A DNA stretch of 64,000 nucleotides from an uncultured Flavobacteriaceae bacterium (GCA_937136455.1 CAKZOO010000032.1:27383-91382), one strand, 5' to 3'. Positions 37,357 through 49,388 are shown, numbered from the stretch's first letter. The notes: a model not told the origin generated them from the sequence alone. Numbers and translations: made by a program.

Positions 37357-40107
37357 ATGAAAAAACTAGCATTTTTAATCGCAATTTGCTTATCTGCTAT
37401 GGGTTACGCTCAAACAACCCTCAACGGTAAAGTAGTTACTTCCGATCAAACACCAATCCCTGGTGCTAACATTATTGTCGTGGGTACCAACGATGGTGCC
37501 GTAAGTGATTTTGATGGAAATTTCACACTTAAAACAGATTCAGAAACACCATTTAGAATCAAAGTGACCAGTATTGGATTTTCTGAAAATACCATGAGTG
37601 TATCAAATGGTGATCAATTTATTACAGTGGTATTGGACGAGGCAGATACTCAGTTAGATGAGATTATCATCTCTGCTTCAAGAACTCCAGAACGATTGTT
37701 TGAATCGCCAGTATCAGTAGAGCGAATTGGTTTAAAACAAATCCAAAACACCTCTTCAGTAGATTTTTACGATGGCCTTCAAAATTTAAAAGGAGTGGAT
37801 ATCAACGTAAACTCCTTAACTTTTAAATCGATTAATACCAGAGGTTTTGCAACCTTTGCGAACACCCGTTTCATGCAGCTGGTAGATGGTATGGATAATT
37901 CCTCACCCGCTTTAAACTTTGTTCTTGGAAATCTCGTTGGAATGAATGATTTAGATGTACTTAGTGTGGAAATTCTTCCAGGTGCTTCATCAGCATTGTA
38001 TGGAGCCAACGCATTTAACGGAATCTTATTTATGCGTTCCAAAAATCCATTTGATTTTGAAGGAGTGAGCTCCTATGTAAAAACAGGAGTTACCTCTCAA
38101 AAAGCTGCTGGGACGAATCAGTTCTATGATGTTGGAGTTCGAGCTGCTAAAAAATTCAGCGATAAGTTTGCAGCTAAAATTAATGTCTCTTATATGGAAG
38201 GGGAAGATTGGCATGCAGACCGTGTCGATGATCTTTCAAACCCTGGAGCGAATCGTTCAAATCCAGGTTACAATGGATTAAATGTCTACGGAGATGAAGT
38301 AGCAACGACTTTAAACTTTGATCAAATAGCAGGGCTTCCTTCTGGAACTGTAGGTGGAAACACACTAGTCTCAAGAACTGGATATCGCGAAGATGAGTTG
38401 ACCTCCCACGATGCTAAGAGTGTTAAGTATGACGCTGCTTTGCACTGGAGACCAACGGGAGGTTCTCTCGAAGTGATTTTTAATTCAAGAATGGGGAAAG
38501 GTTCGACGATTTATCAAGGAGCAAACCGCTACTACATCAATGACTTTACGCTTGCTCAAAACAAAATTGAAATCAAAGATGACAACTTTTTTGTCAGAGC
38601 GTACAGAACCACTGAGGATGCAGGTAAATCTTATGACACTCGTTTTGCAGCGATTAATGTGAACCGTGCATGGAAATCAGATACACAATGGTTTACAGAT
38701 TATGCGACGGCATTTATTGGTGCTCGATTGGGAATCGGAACTGGCGTTCCTTTATCTGAAGACATAGCGCATTCTGCAGCGAGATCTTATGCGGATAGCG
38801 GAAGATTAATTCCTGGATCTACTGGTTTTGAAACTGCTTTTAACAGAATTATTGCGGATGGTGATCTCAGTACTGGAGCACGATTTATCGATGAAACCTC
38901 GTTGACCCACGTCGATGCTAATTACAATTTAACTTATCTTACTGGAGACCTATTTGATCTTCAAATTGGAGGTTCATTCCGTCAGTACAATTTAAATTCA
39001 CAAGGAACCATCTTTACCGATAACGATGGGGCGATACCTTATAAAGAATACGGATTGTATACGCAAATTCAGAAGAAAATGGCGGATGATCGATTAAAAC
39101 TTACCGCTTCCATGCGTTACGATAAAAACGAATTGTTCGATGGGTTTGTGTCTCCAAGAGGATCGTTTACCTACACCGTGGGTGAAGATCGCAACCACAA
39201 CATTAGAGCTTCTTTTCAAACAGGATTCAGAAATCCCACGACTCAAGATTTGTACATTGGTTTAAATGCGGGCTTAGCACATTTAGTAGGATCCTCTCCT
39301 GATAACTTAGATCGCTATAGCTTTTCAACTTCTGTTTCAACAGCAGGACAGGCCTATGCAGGTGGTTCTTCTGTAACTCTAACGGGTAGAGACGCTTATG
39401 AAAATGCCTATTCAGCTGCTTCTGTCATGATGGGAGCCCCAAAAGTAGCAACAACCGCACTGGTGAAACCAGAACAAGTTACGGCTGTGGAACTTGGTTA
39501 CCGCGGACAATTTGATTGGTTTACCCTTGATATTAGTGGTTACTACAACCAATATGCTGACTTTATTGCTAATTCAACGGTATTGGTACCTAAGTACGGT
39601 CAGGCTGGAGATGGTGCGTTATCGCTTTTAGCATTGCAAAATGGAGATTACCAAGCCTTCCAAGCTTACACAAATTCAACTGCGGACATATCTTCTTATG
39701 GGTTAAATCTTGGATTCGACACTTCTTTAGACGTCCTTCAGTTTGGGATTAACTACACCTTTGCTGGATTTGAATACGACACTACTTCTGATCCGGACTT
39801 CGAGCCTGGATTTAATACGCCACGTCATAAATTCAAAATGTATCTCGGTGCTGAGAATTTATCAGACAACTTAGGTTTTATGGTTAATTATCGCTGGTCG
39901 GATTCTTATTTATGGCAAGCTTCATTCGCGGATGGTATGGTACCTTCTTACCGCGTTGTGGACATGCAAGTCAACTACCGTATTCCAAATTCAAAATCAG
40001 TTCTTAAACTGGGAGCTGCGAACTTATTTAACGAGGAATACTTCTCGGCAATTGGAACTGGAAATGTCGGGGCTCAAGCGTATTTATCGCTCACCCTCAA
40101 CAACTAG
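37357..40107 (+). CDS. TonB-dependent receptor
   Basis: CarboxypepD_reg-like N-terminus, plug motifs (SASRTPE, GASSALYGANAFNG) and C-terminal LGAANLFN. Confidence 0.92.
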   Translation: MKKLAFLIAICLSAMGYAQTTLNGKVVTSDQTPIPGANIIVVGTNDGAVSDFDGNFTLKTDSETPFRIKVTSIGFSENTMSVSNGDQFITVVLDEADTQLDEIIISASRTPERLFESPVSVERIGLKQIQNTSSVDFYDGLQNLKGVDINVNSLTFKSINTRGFATFANTRFMQLVDGMDNSSPALNFVLGNLVGMNDLDVLSVEILPGASSALYGANAFNGILFMRSKNPFDFEGVSSYVKTGVTSQKAAGTNQFYDVGVRAAKKFSDKFAAKINVSYMEGEDWHADRVDDLSNPGANRSNPGYNGLNVYGDEVATTLNFDQIAGLPSGTVGGNTLVSRTGYREDELTSHDAKSVKYDAALHWRPTGGSLEVIFNSRMGKGSTIYQGANRYYINDFTLAQNKIEIKDDNFFVRAYRTTEDAGKSYDTRFAAINVNRAWKSDTQWFTDYATAFIGARLGIGTGVPLSEDIAHSAARSYADSGRLIPGSTGFETAFNRIIADGDLSTGARFIDETSLTHVDANYNLTYLTGDLFDLQIGGSFRQYNLNSQGTIFTDNDGAIPYKEYGLYTQIQKKMADDRLKLTASMRYDKNELFDGFVSPRGSFTYTVGEDRNHNIRASFQTGFRNPTTQDLYIGLNAGLAHLVGSSPDNLDRYSFSTSVSTAGQAYAGGSSVTLTGRDAYENAYSAASVMMGAPKVATTALVKPEQVTAVELGYRGQFDWFTLDISGYYNQYADFIANSTVLVPKYGQAGDGALSLLALQNGDYQAFQAYTNSTADISSYGLNLGFDTSLDVLQFGINYTFAGFEYDTTSDPDFEPGFNTPRHKFKMYLGAENLSDNLGFMVNYRWSDSYLWQASFADGMVPSYRVVDMQVNYRIPNSKSVLKLGAANLFNEEYFSAIGTGNVGAQAYLSLTLNN

Positions 40108-40127
40108 ACCATACGATTGAATCATTT

Positions 40128-40152
40128 AAAGGCACCTGCGGGTGCCTTTTTT
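40128..40152 (+). terminator. Intrinsic terminator
   Basis: AAAGGCACC-TGCG-GGTGCCTTT plus T-run. Confidence 0.85.
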
Positions 40153-40199
40153 ATTTCTAAAAAATACCTTTTTTTGGTTTATTTTTATCAGATAAATCT

Positions 40200-40207
40200 T
40201 ATATTTG
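40200..40207 (+). promoter_or_regulatory. Bacteroidota -7 promoter element (TATATTTG) for atpDC
   Basis: TAnnTTTG consensus about 70 bp upstream of atpD. Confidence 0.7.
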
Positions 40208-40267
40208 CAGCCTGAAAAACAGAGTGTTTGTTATTTTAAACAAATGCCTAAAACTATTTTAATTTAA

Positions 40268-41788
<1,521 letters not shown>

Positions 41789-41809
41789 TCAACTATTTGA
41801 ATTAATACT

Positions 41810-42091
41810 ATGCAATTAGAAATCGTTTCACCAGAAGCTACTTTATTTTCAGGAGAAGTTGAATCCGTAACTGCACCAGGAGTAAGTGGATCGTTTCAAT
41901 TATTGAACAATCACGCTCCTATTGTTTCTTCACTTCAAGCTGGAGAAGTAGTGATTAAAGGAAACTCAATCAAATTAGATGCTGAGCACAAAGATCTATT
42001 TGAAGCTGTTGAAAAAGGAGGTTATGCTTTAACTATTAAGAGTGGAACCTTAGAAATGAACGACAATAAGATTATCGTCTTAGCGGATTAA
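41810..42091 (+). CDS. atpC: F0F1 ATP synthase subunit epsilon (short Bacteroidota form)
   Basis: LEIVSPE...PG..GSFQLLNNHAPIVS. Confidence 0.95.
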   Translation: MQLEIVSPEATLFSGEVESVTAPGVSGSFQLLNNHAPIVSSLQAGEVVIKGNSIKLDAEHKDLFEAVEKGGYALTIKSGTLEMNDNKIIVLAD

Positions 42092-42115
42092 TTCGTTATA
42101 AAACCTAATAAAATT

Positions 42116-42143
42116 GCTGCTAAGAGATTAGTAGCTTTTTTTT
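42116..42143 (+). terminator. Intrinsic terminator after atpC
   Basis: GCTGCTAA-GAGA-TTAGTAGC plus T8. Confidence 0.7.
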
Positions 42144-42183
42144 GCACTAAATTTAACCATCCCTCTAATTAATATTTTTCAAC

Positions 42184-44022
42184 ATGAACTATAACAATCA
42201 ACCACTAGTAAAGAGATTCATGCTAGCAGTTGTAATTCTTGTGAATTACTCACTGTGGGCCCAAGAACCAATTAAAACTCAAGATTTAGAAGAAGTTATT
42301 GTTAGTTCTTCTCGTATAGACCTGCCGCTTTCAGAAAATTCTAGAACCATTACAGTCATTCAGGCTGAAGAAATTCAAAAAACTGCTGCAACAAGTTTAG
42401 CTGATTTATTACAAACAGTAGCTGGAGTTGATATTCGAAGAAGAGGAGCACAAGGAATGCAAGCGGATTTATACATTCGAGGAGGAAGTTTTGATCAAAC
42501 ACTCTTACTCATCGATGGAATTAAGGTGGATGATCCTCAAACCGGGCATCACACGATGAACATTGCACTTCCTATAGAGCTTATTGAGCGCATTGAAATC
42601 GTCAAAGGACCATCAGCTCGTGTATTTGGACAAAACGCTTTTACAGGAGCTATTAACATTGTCACCAAAAAGAATTTGGAAGGAACTGGAGTGGCGACGA
42701 TCAGTGGAGGTTCTTTTGGACAAAAGAACGGAGCTCTATCGCTCAATTTTTCGAACGAGAAGGTCAATCACATTGTACATATTTCTAAGAACACTTCTGA
42801 AGGCTATCGTCACAATACCGATTTTGACAACCTCAATGCCTTTTATAAAAGTGATTTCAAAATGGGATCGGGAGATTATACCTTTCAAACAGCATTTTCT
42901 GATAGAGCCTTTGGAGCAAATGGATTCTACGCTTCACCTGCCGCAACCGAACAATACGAAGAAACACAGGCCAGTCTAGTGACACTTTTTGGAAGATATC
43001 AGAAGGATGACTGGATTTATAAGCCAAGTTTATTCTGGAAGCGCAATCAAGATGAGTACATCTATATTAGAGATAACCCTTCGATTTATAGAAACCTTCA
43101 CATCTCAAACAAAGTAGGAGTAGCATTAAATGCTTCAAAATACAATCGTATTGGAACGACAGGATACGGTTTAGAACTCGCTCAAGTTTTTATCGCTTCG
43201 AATAATCTAGGAGGTCATGAGCGTTTACAGATCACAGGATTTTTAGAGCAACAATTGCTCTCAAAGGACGAGAAAATTGACCTAACACCAGGGATCGCAT
43301 TCAACTATTATTCAGATTTTAAATTTCACGCGTTTCCAGGTGTGGATCTTGGAATCAAACTCAGTGAAGGGGCTAAAGTATATGCCAATGTTGGATATAC
43401 GTATCGAATACCTACTTATACTGATTTGTATTACGCATCGAGTACGACTCTTGGGAACGAAGATTTAGAGCCTGAAACTGCGTTCTCTCAAGAATACGGT
43501 GCTAAATTTGACTTAAACAGAGGGTCAATTGCCATGGCTTATTTTATCAGAAACACCGATAATCTAATTGATTATGTCAAGTATTCACAGGAGGCAAAAT
43601 GGGAAGCCAATAATTTTGCAGCACTCAGCACTAAGGGATTTGAATTTAGTGCAGTAGCCCCATTCGATTTAGGAAATCAAACACAACAAATCGCTTTGGC
43701 TTATACCTATATCAATGATGCTATTAAAGAGGTGAATGTGCCTTTCTCAAGATATGCGATTAATTCTTTAAAGCATCAAGTAGTTTTAAATACTCAGTGG
43801 AGTCTTATGGATCAGCTTCCTTTAAATTTGATCTACACCTATGCAGAACGAACCAAGGGAACTTCATATAATGTTCTTGATGCATCGATCAGTTACCAAA
43901 TAGACCAGATTAAATGGTCTATCGTTGGAAACAATATTTTAGATGCAGAATTTTCAGAAACTAATCTCGTTCCAGCTCCTGGAGCGAATCTAATGATAGG
44001 CTTCAGTTATATTTTAAAATAA
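42184..44022 (+). CDS. TonB-dependent receptor (BtuB/CirA-like)
   Basis: IRGG..DQTLLLIDG and IERIEIVKGPSARVFG plug motifs, LEPET. Confidence 0.9.
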   Translation: MNYNNQPLVKRFMLAVVILVNYSLWAQEPIKTQDLEEVIVSSSRIDLPLSENSRTITVIQAEEIQKTAATSLADLLQTVAGVDIRRRGAQGMQADLYIRGGSFDQTLLLIDGIKVDDPQTGHHTMNIALPIELIERIEIVKGPSARVFGQNAFTGAINIVTKKNLEGTGVATISGGSFGQKNGALSLNFSNEKVNHIVHISKNTSEGYRHNTDFDNLNAFYKSDFKMGSGDYTFQTAFSDRAFGANGFYASPAATEQYEETQASLVTLFGRYQKDDWIYKPSLFWKRNQDEYIYIRDNPSIYRNLHISNKVGVALNASKYNRIGTTGYGLELAQVFIASNNLGGHERLQITGFLEQQLLSKDEKIDLTPGIAFNYYSDFKFHAFPGVDLGIKLSEGAKVYANVGYTYRIPTYTDLYYASSTTLGNEDLEPETAFSQEYGAKFDLNRGSIAMAYFIRNTDNLIDYVKYSQEAKWEANNFAALSTKGFEFSAVAPFDLGNQTQQIALAYTYINDAIKEVNVPFSRYAINSLKHQVVLNTQWSLMDQLPLNLIYTYAERTKGTSYNVLDASISYQIDQIKWSIVGNNILDAEFSETNLVPAPGANLMIGFSYILK

Positions 44023-44045
44023 AGATTCATACAGCTTTATGAATC

Positions 44046-44828
44046 TTAATTCACTTGAAGAGTTGAATGGAGGTCAACGCAGATTGCGTCCCAAAATTCA
44101 GCTCTTTTTTTGATGGCTTTATTGGCATAGATTTGTGCTTCTTCCCATTTTTGAGGAGTGTCACAAAGCAATGAGAGCATTTCAAAAGCCATAGGTCCAT
44201 GCTCGTCACCATCCAGTTCTATATGTCTTTGAAAGTAGTATTGTAGTTCTTCTAATTGATCTAAATTTGATTCAGTTGATTTTAAGTCTTCTAAAAGTTG
44301 AACAAACATTTCGGGGATAATGGTTTCTCTTCCATACGTAAACACACTTGCAGTGATGTGTGGTTTGTCAGTTTCGATGACTTCAAAGGTGAATTTCAAA
44401 AATGCTTTTATATGGGATGGGAGTGAGGCTGTTTCTATATTTTCAATTGGAGTTTTTTGATTATTCCAATTGTTCTGAAAGGCTTCAAATAACTCAGTTG
44501 AAGCACCTGCTTTTTTCATGGCCTTACAATAGAGTTCAAAATGGCTGATAGGTGTGCCATCTCTATCGATATCCGTTTCCTCACCGAGTACAATTTCATT
44601 TATGAGTCGAGCTGCTTTTGGATGCTTTGGGGCAAACCAAGGGATGCTAGTACAGCTAAGTGAATTTTGAAGTGATTTTAATAGGGACATAAAATCCCAA
44701 ACAGCAAACAAATGAGTTTCCATAAATCGTTGAACCTCTTCCATCGATCTTAAGGAATTGTAGATAGGATGATTTAGTAACTCAGATTTATTAATCAAAA
44801 GTGCCTTTTCAAAATCTAGTTGTGTCAT
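44046..44828 (-). CDS. DUF3050 protein (heme-oxygenase-like fold)
   Basis: FME.H.FAVWDFMSLLKSLQ, SHFELY and RHIELDGDEHGP motifs. Confidence 0.88.
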   Translation of the reverse strand: MTQLDFEKALLINKSELLNHPIYNSLRSMEEVQRFMETHLFAVWDFMSLLKSLQNSLSCTSIPWFAPKHPKAARLINEIVLGEETDIDRDGTPISHFELYCKAMKKAGASTELFEAFQNNWNNQKTPIENIETASLPSHIKAFLKFTFEVIETDKPHITASVFTYGRETIIPEMFVQLLEDLKSTESNLDQLEELQYYFQRHIELDGDEHGPMAFEMLSLLCDTPQKWEEAQIYANKAIKKRAEFWDAICVDLHSTLQVN

Positions 44829-44962
44829 TTAAGTAGGTGTTTATTTTAGGGTAAAATTAGCTTAGCCTCGTTAATGAAAAGTTAATTGTCCATTATATGT
44901 ATCTATGGTTACATAAGCTTTTCTAATGGGGGTTTACATTTATACTAATTTAATGTTTAGTT

Positions 44963-45571
44963 ATGTTTAGAATGATCTCAACGCTTTTGGCGGCCTATAT
45001 GCTCGTAGGTTGTTCAAAAGAAGAAACAGGAGTTAGTGGTCTAGAATTACAGTTGACTACTATAGAGCAACAAGACCTCAGTTATCTTCGAGAAGAAGAA
45101 AAGCTAGCTAGAGATGTTTATCTCTACAACAAAGAACTTTATGGAGCGAATATTTTTTCGAATATATCTTCGAGTGAACAGACTCATATGGATAAGGTAT
45201 TAGAGTTGTTAGAACGGGCAGGATTAGAAGATCCTATGAAATCAAATTCAATAGGGGAGTTTAACAATGCTGAATTAGCGGCACTCTATACAGAGCTTAC
45301 AGAGCAATCATCTGTGTCATTAGTTGAAGCCCTTAAAGTAGGAGCACTTATCGAAGATTTGGATATTGATGATATTGAAAAGATGATGACTCATACCACC
45401 AATACATCGGTTTTAAAAGTGTATTCAAATTTAGTCTGTGGATCTAAAAACCACATCAGAGCGTATACTAATACTATTGTAAGTAACGGAGAAACCTATA
45501 CACCACAATTTATTTCTGACGATTATTACAACCAGATTCTAATTGAATCGAGTGGTGGCTGTGGCAATTAA
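44963..45571 (+). CDS. DUF2202 ferritin-like lipoprotein
   Basis: Lipobox LVGC, REEEKLARDVY, SEQTHM and GSKNHIRAY motifs. Confidence 0.88.
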   Translation: MFRMISTLLAAYMLVGCSKEETGVSGLELQLTTIEQQDLSYLREEEKLARDVYLYNKELYGANIFSNISSSEQTHMDKVLELLERAGLEDPMKSNSIGEFNNAELAALYTELTEQSSVSLVEALKVGALIEDLDIDDIEKMMTHTTNTSVLKVYSNLVCGSKNHIRAYTNTIVSNGETYTPQFISDDYYNQILIESSGGCGN

Positions 45572-45577
45572 TAGTGA

Positions 45578-46048
45578 TTAAAAAAGCTCATTGATTTTAT
45601 CAAAGATCATGGAGGATTCCCATCCTCTGTACATCAGGTAGTCCATGAGCTTTTTCTTTTGAACTTGGATTGGATAGCTGGATAGTGATTCAGCTTTCTT
45701 TTTAGAGAGTCTGTGAAATGTGTCTTCATAATCTTGAAGATTGATTTCAGCGAGGGCTTTTTTAATACAGTAGTCAGAAACTTCCATAGCCTTTAATTCT
45801 CTTTTGATGCGAACTTTACCCCAGTTTTTGATGTTAAATTTCCCCCTTGCAAATGACTTGGCATAACGCTCTTCATTTAGAAAGTTTTCTGATATTAAAT
45901 AGTCCAGGAGTTCATCAATGGCCAAGGGAATCATCCCCATACTTTTGAGCTTTTCACGAACCTCTTTATGAGACCTGTCTCTGTAGACACAGTAGTTGGC
46001 AATCCGAAGTTTTGCCTCTTCTAGGGTATATGTTTTTGGTTGTATCAC
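45578..46048 (-). CDS. recX: Regulatory protein RecX
   Basis: YC.YRDRSHKEV, FLNEERYAKSFARGK and YLMYRGWE motifs. Confidence 0.92.
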   Translation of the reverse strand: MIQPKTYTLEEAKLRIANYCVYRDRSHKEVREKLKSMGMIPLAIDELLDYLISENFLNEERYAKSFARGKFNIKNWGKVRIKRELKAMEVSDYCIKKALAEINLQDYEDTFHRLSKKKAESLSSYPIQVQKKKLMDYLMYRGWESSMIFDKINELF

Positions 46049-46063
46049 CCTTCAAAATTAAGC

Positions 46064-46090
46064 AAAAAAAAAGCGATCCATTGGATCGCT
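46064..46090 (-). terminator. Intrinsic terminator after rng
   Basis: AGCGATCCA-T-TGGATCGCT with an A-run on the plus strand (U-tail on minus). Confidence 0.8.
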
Positions 46091-46096
46091 CTTCTT

Positions 46097-47647
46097 TTAA
46101 TATATTGTTTTTCCTTCTTTGTTTTTGAATCGGTATTCTAAGTAACGATAAGCATCTCTGGGTTGAATTTTTATCCAGCGCTTGTACTTCTGAAACCATT
46201 TAAAACGAATGGATGGTACTCCACAGGTTAGATAAGCCGCAATAAAGGGATGGATATGCAGCGAAATATCATTTTTACTCGCTGGTCCATTTATTAATTT
46301 TTCTAAATCGGCGGTGATCTTATCAATTAAAACAATCGGAGCTTCTACTTCTTTTCCTGTAATGGTAGGAGTAGGTTCACTTGTTTTAATTTCCATTTCG
46401 GGACGTACACGTTGTCTTGTAATCTGTACGAGTCCAAATTTGCTCGGGGGCAGTATTTTGTGCTTTGCCCTGTCTTCCTTCATTTCTTCCGTCAAGTGAT
46501 CGAAGAGTTGCTTGCGATGTTTTGGATTGGCCATGTCGATAAAATCTACGACAATGATTCCTCCCATATCGCGAAGTCTTAGCTGTCTAGCAACTTCTGT
46601 TGCAGAGGCTAAGTTAACTTGTAAAGCAGTGTCTTCTTGGGTATTGGCCTTATTGGATCTATTTCCAGAGTTTACATCGATAACGTGTAAGGCCTCTGTA
46701 TGTTCTATGACCAAATAGGCACCTTTCTTCATGGTGGCGATTCTGCCAAATGAAGTTTTGATCTGACGTTCAATTCCAAACTGTTCAAAAATGGGTATAC
46801 TGTCGTTGTACAGCTTTACGATTGATTCTTTTTTAGGTGCAATTTCCTGCACATAATCTTTAATTTGTTCGTATAATGTCTCTTCATCTATATGAATTCC
46901 AGTAAAACTATCGTTGAACATATCTCTGAGAATCGAAGATCCTCTATTGAGTTCAACTAATACTTTGGATGGATGAGGAGCATTGTGTAATTTTTTACAC
47001 ATCAAGGTCCACTTCTTAAATAAGTTTTGTAGATCCCTGTCTAATTCTGCGACTTTTTTGCCTTCTGCAACTGTTCTAATGATCACCCCAAATCCTTTGG
47101 GTTTTATAGATCGAACAAGTCTTTTTAAGCGGTCCTTTTCTTCCTTGCTCTCAATTTTTTGAGAAATGGAAACTCTGTCTGAAAACGGTACCATTACTAG
47201 GTATCTACCTGCAATGGAAATTTCAGTACTAATTCTAGGACCTTTTGTTGAAATGGGTTCTTTTACAATTTGAACCAAAATAGATTGATTGGCTTTTAGC
47301 ACATCATTGATGCTACCATCTTTATCTATATCTTTTTCTAATGGAAAATTTTTAAGTGAAAAATCTTTTGTTTTACCAGTGGTAGCCATCTTAACAAATT
47401 TGATAGCTGTGGCAAATTGAGGACCTAAATCGTGATAGTGTAAAAAGGCATCTTTTTCATAGCCTACGTTTACAAAAGCGGCATTAAGTCCAGTAACAGG
47501 TTTTCTTACTTTGGCTAACATGATGTCACCAACAGCAAAATTACTGCTTTCCTTTTCTTTGTGTAGTTCAGTTAATCTTCCATCCTTTAACAAGGCAAAT
47601 TCGGCTACGTCGGAATTAGATCTAATAATTAATTCTCTTTTCACCAT
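46097..47647 (-). CDS. rng: Ribonuclease E/G family
   Basis: S1 domain, KEPISTKGPR, IDVNSG and LRDMGGIIVVDFIDM motifs. Confidence 0.95.
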   Translation of the reverse strand: MVKRELIIRSNSDVAEFALLKDGRLTELHKEKESSNFAVGDIMLAKVRKPVTGLNAAFVNVGYEKDAFLHYHDLGPQFATAIKFVKMATTGKTKDFSLKNFPLEKDIDKDGSINDVLKANQSILVQIVKEPISTKGPRISTEISIAGRYLVMVPFSDRVSISQKIESKEEKDRLKRLVRSIKPKGFGVIIRTVAEGKKVAELDRDLQNLFKKWTLMCKKLHNAPHPSKVLVELNRGSSILRDMFNDSFTGIHIDEETLYEQIKDYVQEIAPKKESIVKLYNDSIPIFEQFGIERQIKTSFGRIATMKKGAYLVIEHTEALHVIDVNSGNRSNKANTQEDTALQVNLASATEVARQLRLRDMGGIIVVDFIDMANPKHRKQLFDHLTEEMKEDRAKHKILPPSKFGLVQITRQRVRPEMEIKTSEPTPTITGKEVEAPIVLIDKITADLEKLINGPASKNDISLHIHPFIAAYLTCGVPSIRFKWFQKYKRWIKIQPRDAYRYLEYRFKNKEGKTIY

Positions 47648-47743
47648 AATTTATATGTTGTTATCCAGCCATGATGGCTAAATAATGGATTAAACAATGC
47701 GTAAACGAAACGAGAAGTTTCGTCAAAATTCCAATGAATTTTT

Positions 47744-47755
47744 ATGTCAAAGAAC
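47744..47755 (-). promoter_or_regulatory. boxA-like element GTTCTTTGACAT in the rng leader
   Basis: Resembles the boxA antitermination consensus (GYTCTTT..CA). About 100 nt upstream of rng, among several hairpins. Confidence 0.45.
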
Positions 47756-47791
47756 TCAAATGTAAAAACGGAAAAAGTAGTTTGTTACAAA

Positions 47792-47881
47792 CTACTTTTT
47801 CTTATGGCGGTTTGCTCTTCTGCGCTTCTTGCGCTTATGAGTAGCTACCTTATGTCTCTTTCTTTTCTTACCACTTGGCAT
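47792..47881 (-). CDS. 30S ribosomal protein bS22 (AURKAIP1/COX24-like), 29 aa, not in ORF track
   Basis: Manual translation: MPSGKKRKRHKVATHKRKKRRRANRHKKK. Lies between HU and rng. Confidence 0.88.
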   Translation of the reverse strand: MPSGKKRKRHKVATHKRKKRRRANRHKKK

Positions 47882-47908
47882 AGACTCTCGATTTAAATGT
47901 TATTAATA

Positions 47909-48199
47909 TTATTTTACTACTACGTTGCTCTTAACTCCTTCTACAAATACTTTTGCAGGTTTAAAAGCTGGTATATTGTGAGCTGGAATTTTGATAGTTG
48001 TATTTTTTGAAATATTTCTACCCGTTTTCTCTGCTCTTGTTTTAATGATAAAGCTACCAAAACCTCTTAAGTATACGTTTTCTCCAGACTCTAAAGAAGC
48101 TTTAATTTCATCCATCACCGCTTCAACTGTCGCCTGAACATCACCTTTTTCGATTCCTAATTTTTCTGAGATCTTATTAACTATGTCTGCTTTTGTCAT
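47909..48199 (-). CDS. HU/IHF family DNA-binding protein
   Basis: MTKADIV, VYLRGFGSF, GRN and PAFKPAK motifs. Confidence 0.95.
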   Translation of the reverse strand: MTKADIVNKISEKLGIEKGDVQATVEAVMDEIKASLESGENVYLRGFGSFIIKTRAEKTGRNISKNTTIKIPAHNIPAFKPAKVFVEGVKSNVVVK

Positions 48200-48329
48200 G
48201 TGTAACTTATTTTGAAAATCGTATGTATTTTTAGGGAGGCAAATATAACAATTTTATATCTAATAAAGCTATTTATAGTTTTTATTTTATGTTTCTAATT
48301 CAATACTTTTGAGGCAATTAGCAAAATTT

Positions 48330-49367
48330 ATGGCATTTCGAACTAAAATTTTAGCCTGGTATGAGCAACACAAGAGGGATCTGCCTTGGAGAACTGATAA
48401 AAATCCTTACACAGTTTGGCTCTCTGAAGTGATCTTACAGCAGACCAGAGTAGAGCAGGGAATGCCCTATTTTAATAGGTTTAAGGAGCGTTATCCACGA
48501 ATTGTTGATTTAGCAGAAGCTTCACAAGACGAGGTCTTAAAACTCTGGCAGGGATTGGGATATTATTCAAGAGCTCGAAATATGCTCTTTACAGCGAATT
48601 ATATTCAAAACGAACTAAATGGAGTGTTTCCAACCACTGCCAAGGAGCTAGTTCAATTAAAAGGAGTGGGTGAATATACGGCTAGTGCAATTGCCTCAAT
48701 TTGTTTTGATGAGGCTGTAGCGGTAGTCGACGGGAATGTCTATCGGGTACTCTCTAGATATTTTGGAGAATCACTTCCCATCAATAGCTCCGAAGGAATC
48801 AAAGCGTTTAAAGAGCTGGCAAATTCTGTAATGGATAAGCAACATCCAGGTGATTACAATCAAGGAATCATGGAATTTGGGTCTTTGATGTGTATTCCGC
48901 AAAACCCCGACTGCGTATCCTGTCCATTAAATAGAAGCTGCATCGCATATAATTCTAATCGAGTAGCTGAACTACCTGTCAAGCTCAAAAAGACAAAGGT
49001 GGTGACCAAATATCACAATTATATGGTCGTATTAGATTCGAATGAACGTATTGTATTAGAACAGCGCAAAGGAAAAGGGATTTGGAATGGATTGTATCAG
49101 TTTCCACTTCTTGAGTCTGATGTAAATGTGACTCAAGCTCAAGTTGAGAAACACCTCAAATCATTCCCTTATATTAAAGAATACGAATTGAGTCTATTTA
49201 ATCAAGAGGCGATCATTCACAAACTCTCTCATAGAAAGCTGCTTGCACATTTTTGGATTATCCAACTGAACTATCCCATTGAAAAGGCGATCCCTAAGTC
49301 ACAATTGACTAACTTTGCAGTTCCAGTTTTAATTGCTAATTTTCTAAAAGCATTTAAAATTTACTAA
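48330..49367 (+). CDS. mutY: A/G-specific adenine glycosylase
   Basis: RDLPWR, SEVILQQT, WQGLGYYSRARN, VDGNVYRV and the 4Fe-4S Cys motif. Confidence 0.96.
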   Translation: MAFRTKILAWYEQHKRDLPWRTDKNPYTVWLSEVILQQTRVEQGMPYFNRFKERYPRIVDLAEASQDEVLKLWQGLGYYSRARNMLFTANYIQNELNGVFPTTAKELVQLKGVGEYTASAIASICFDEAVAVVDGNVYRVLSRYFGESLPINSSEGIKAFKELANSVMDKQHPGDYNQGIMEFGSLMCIPQNPDCVSCPLNRSCIAYNSNRVAELPVKLKKTKVVTKYHNYMVVLDSNERIVLEQRKGKGIWNGLYQFPLLESDVNVTQAQVEKHLKSFPYIKEYELSLFNQEAIIHKLSHRKLLAHFWIIQLNYPIEKAIPKSQLTNFAVPVLIANFLKAFKIY

Positions 49368-49388
49368 CTTTATCTATAAATAACTATT

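Noticed and set aside
42092-42183. Cobalamin riboswitch before the BtuB-like receptor
   Set aside because: The roughly 90-bp region holds only a terminator and no B12 box.
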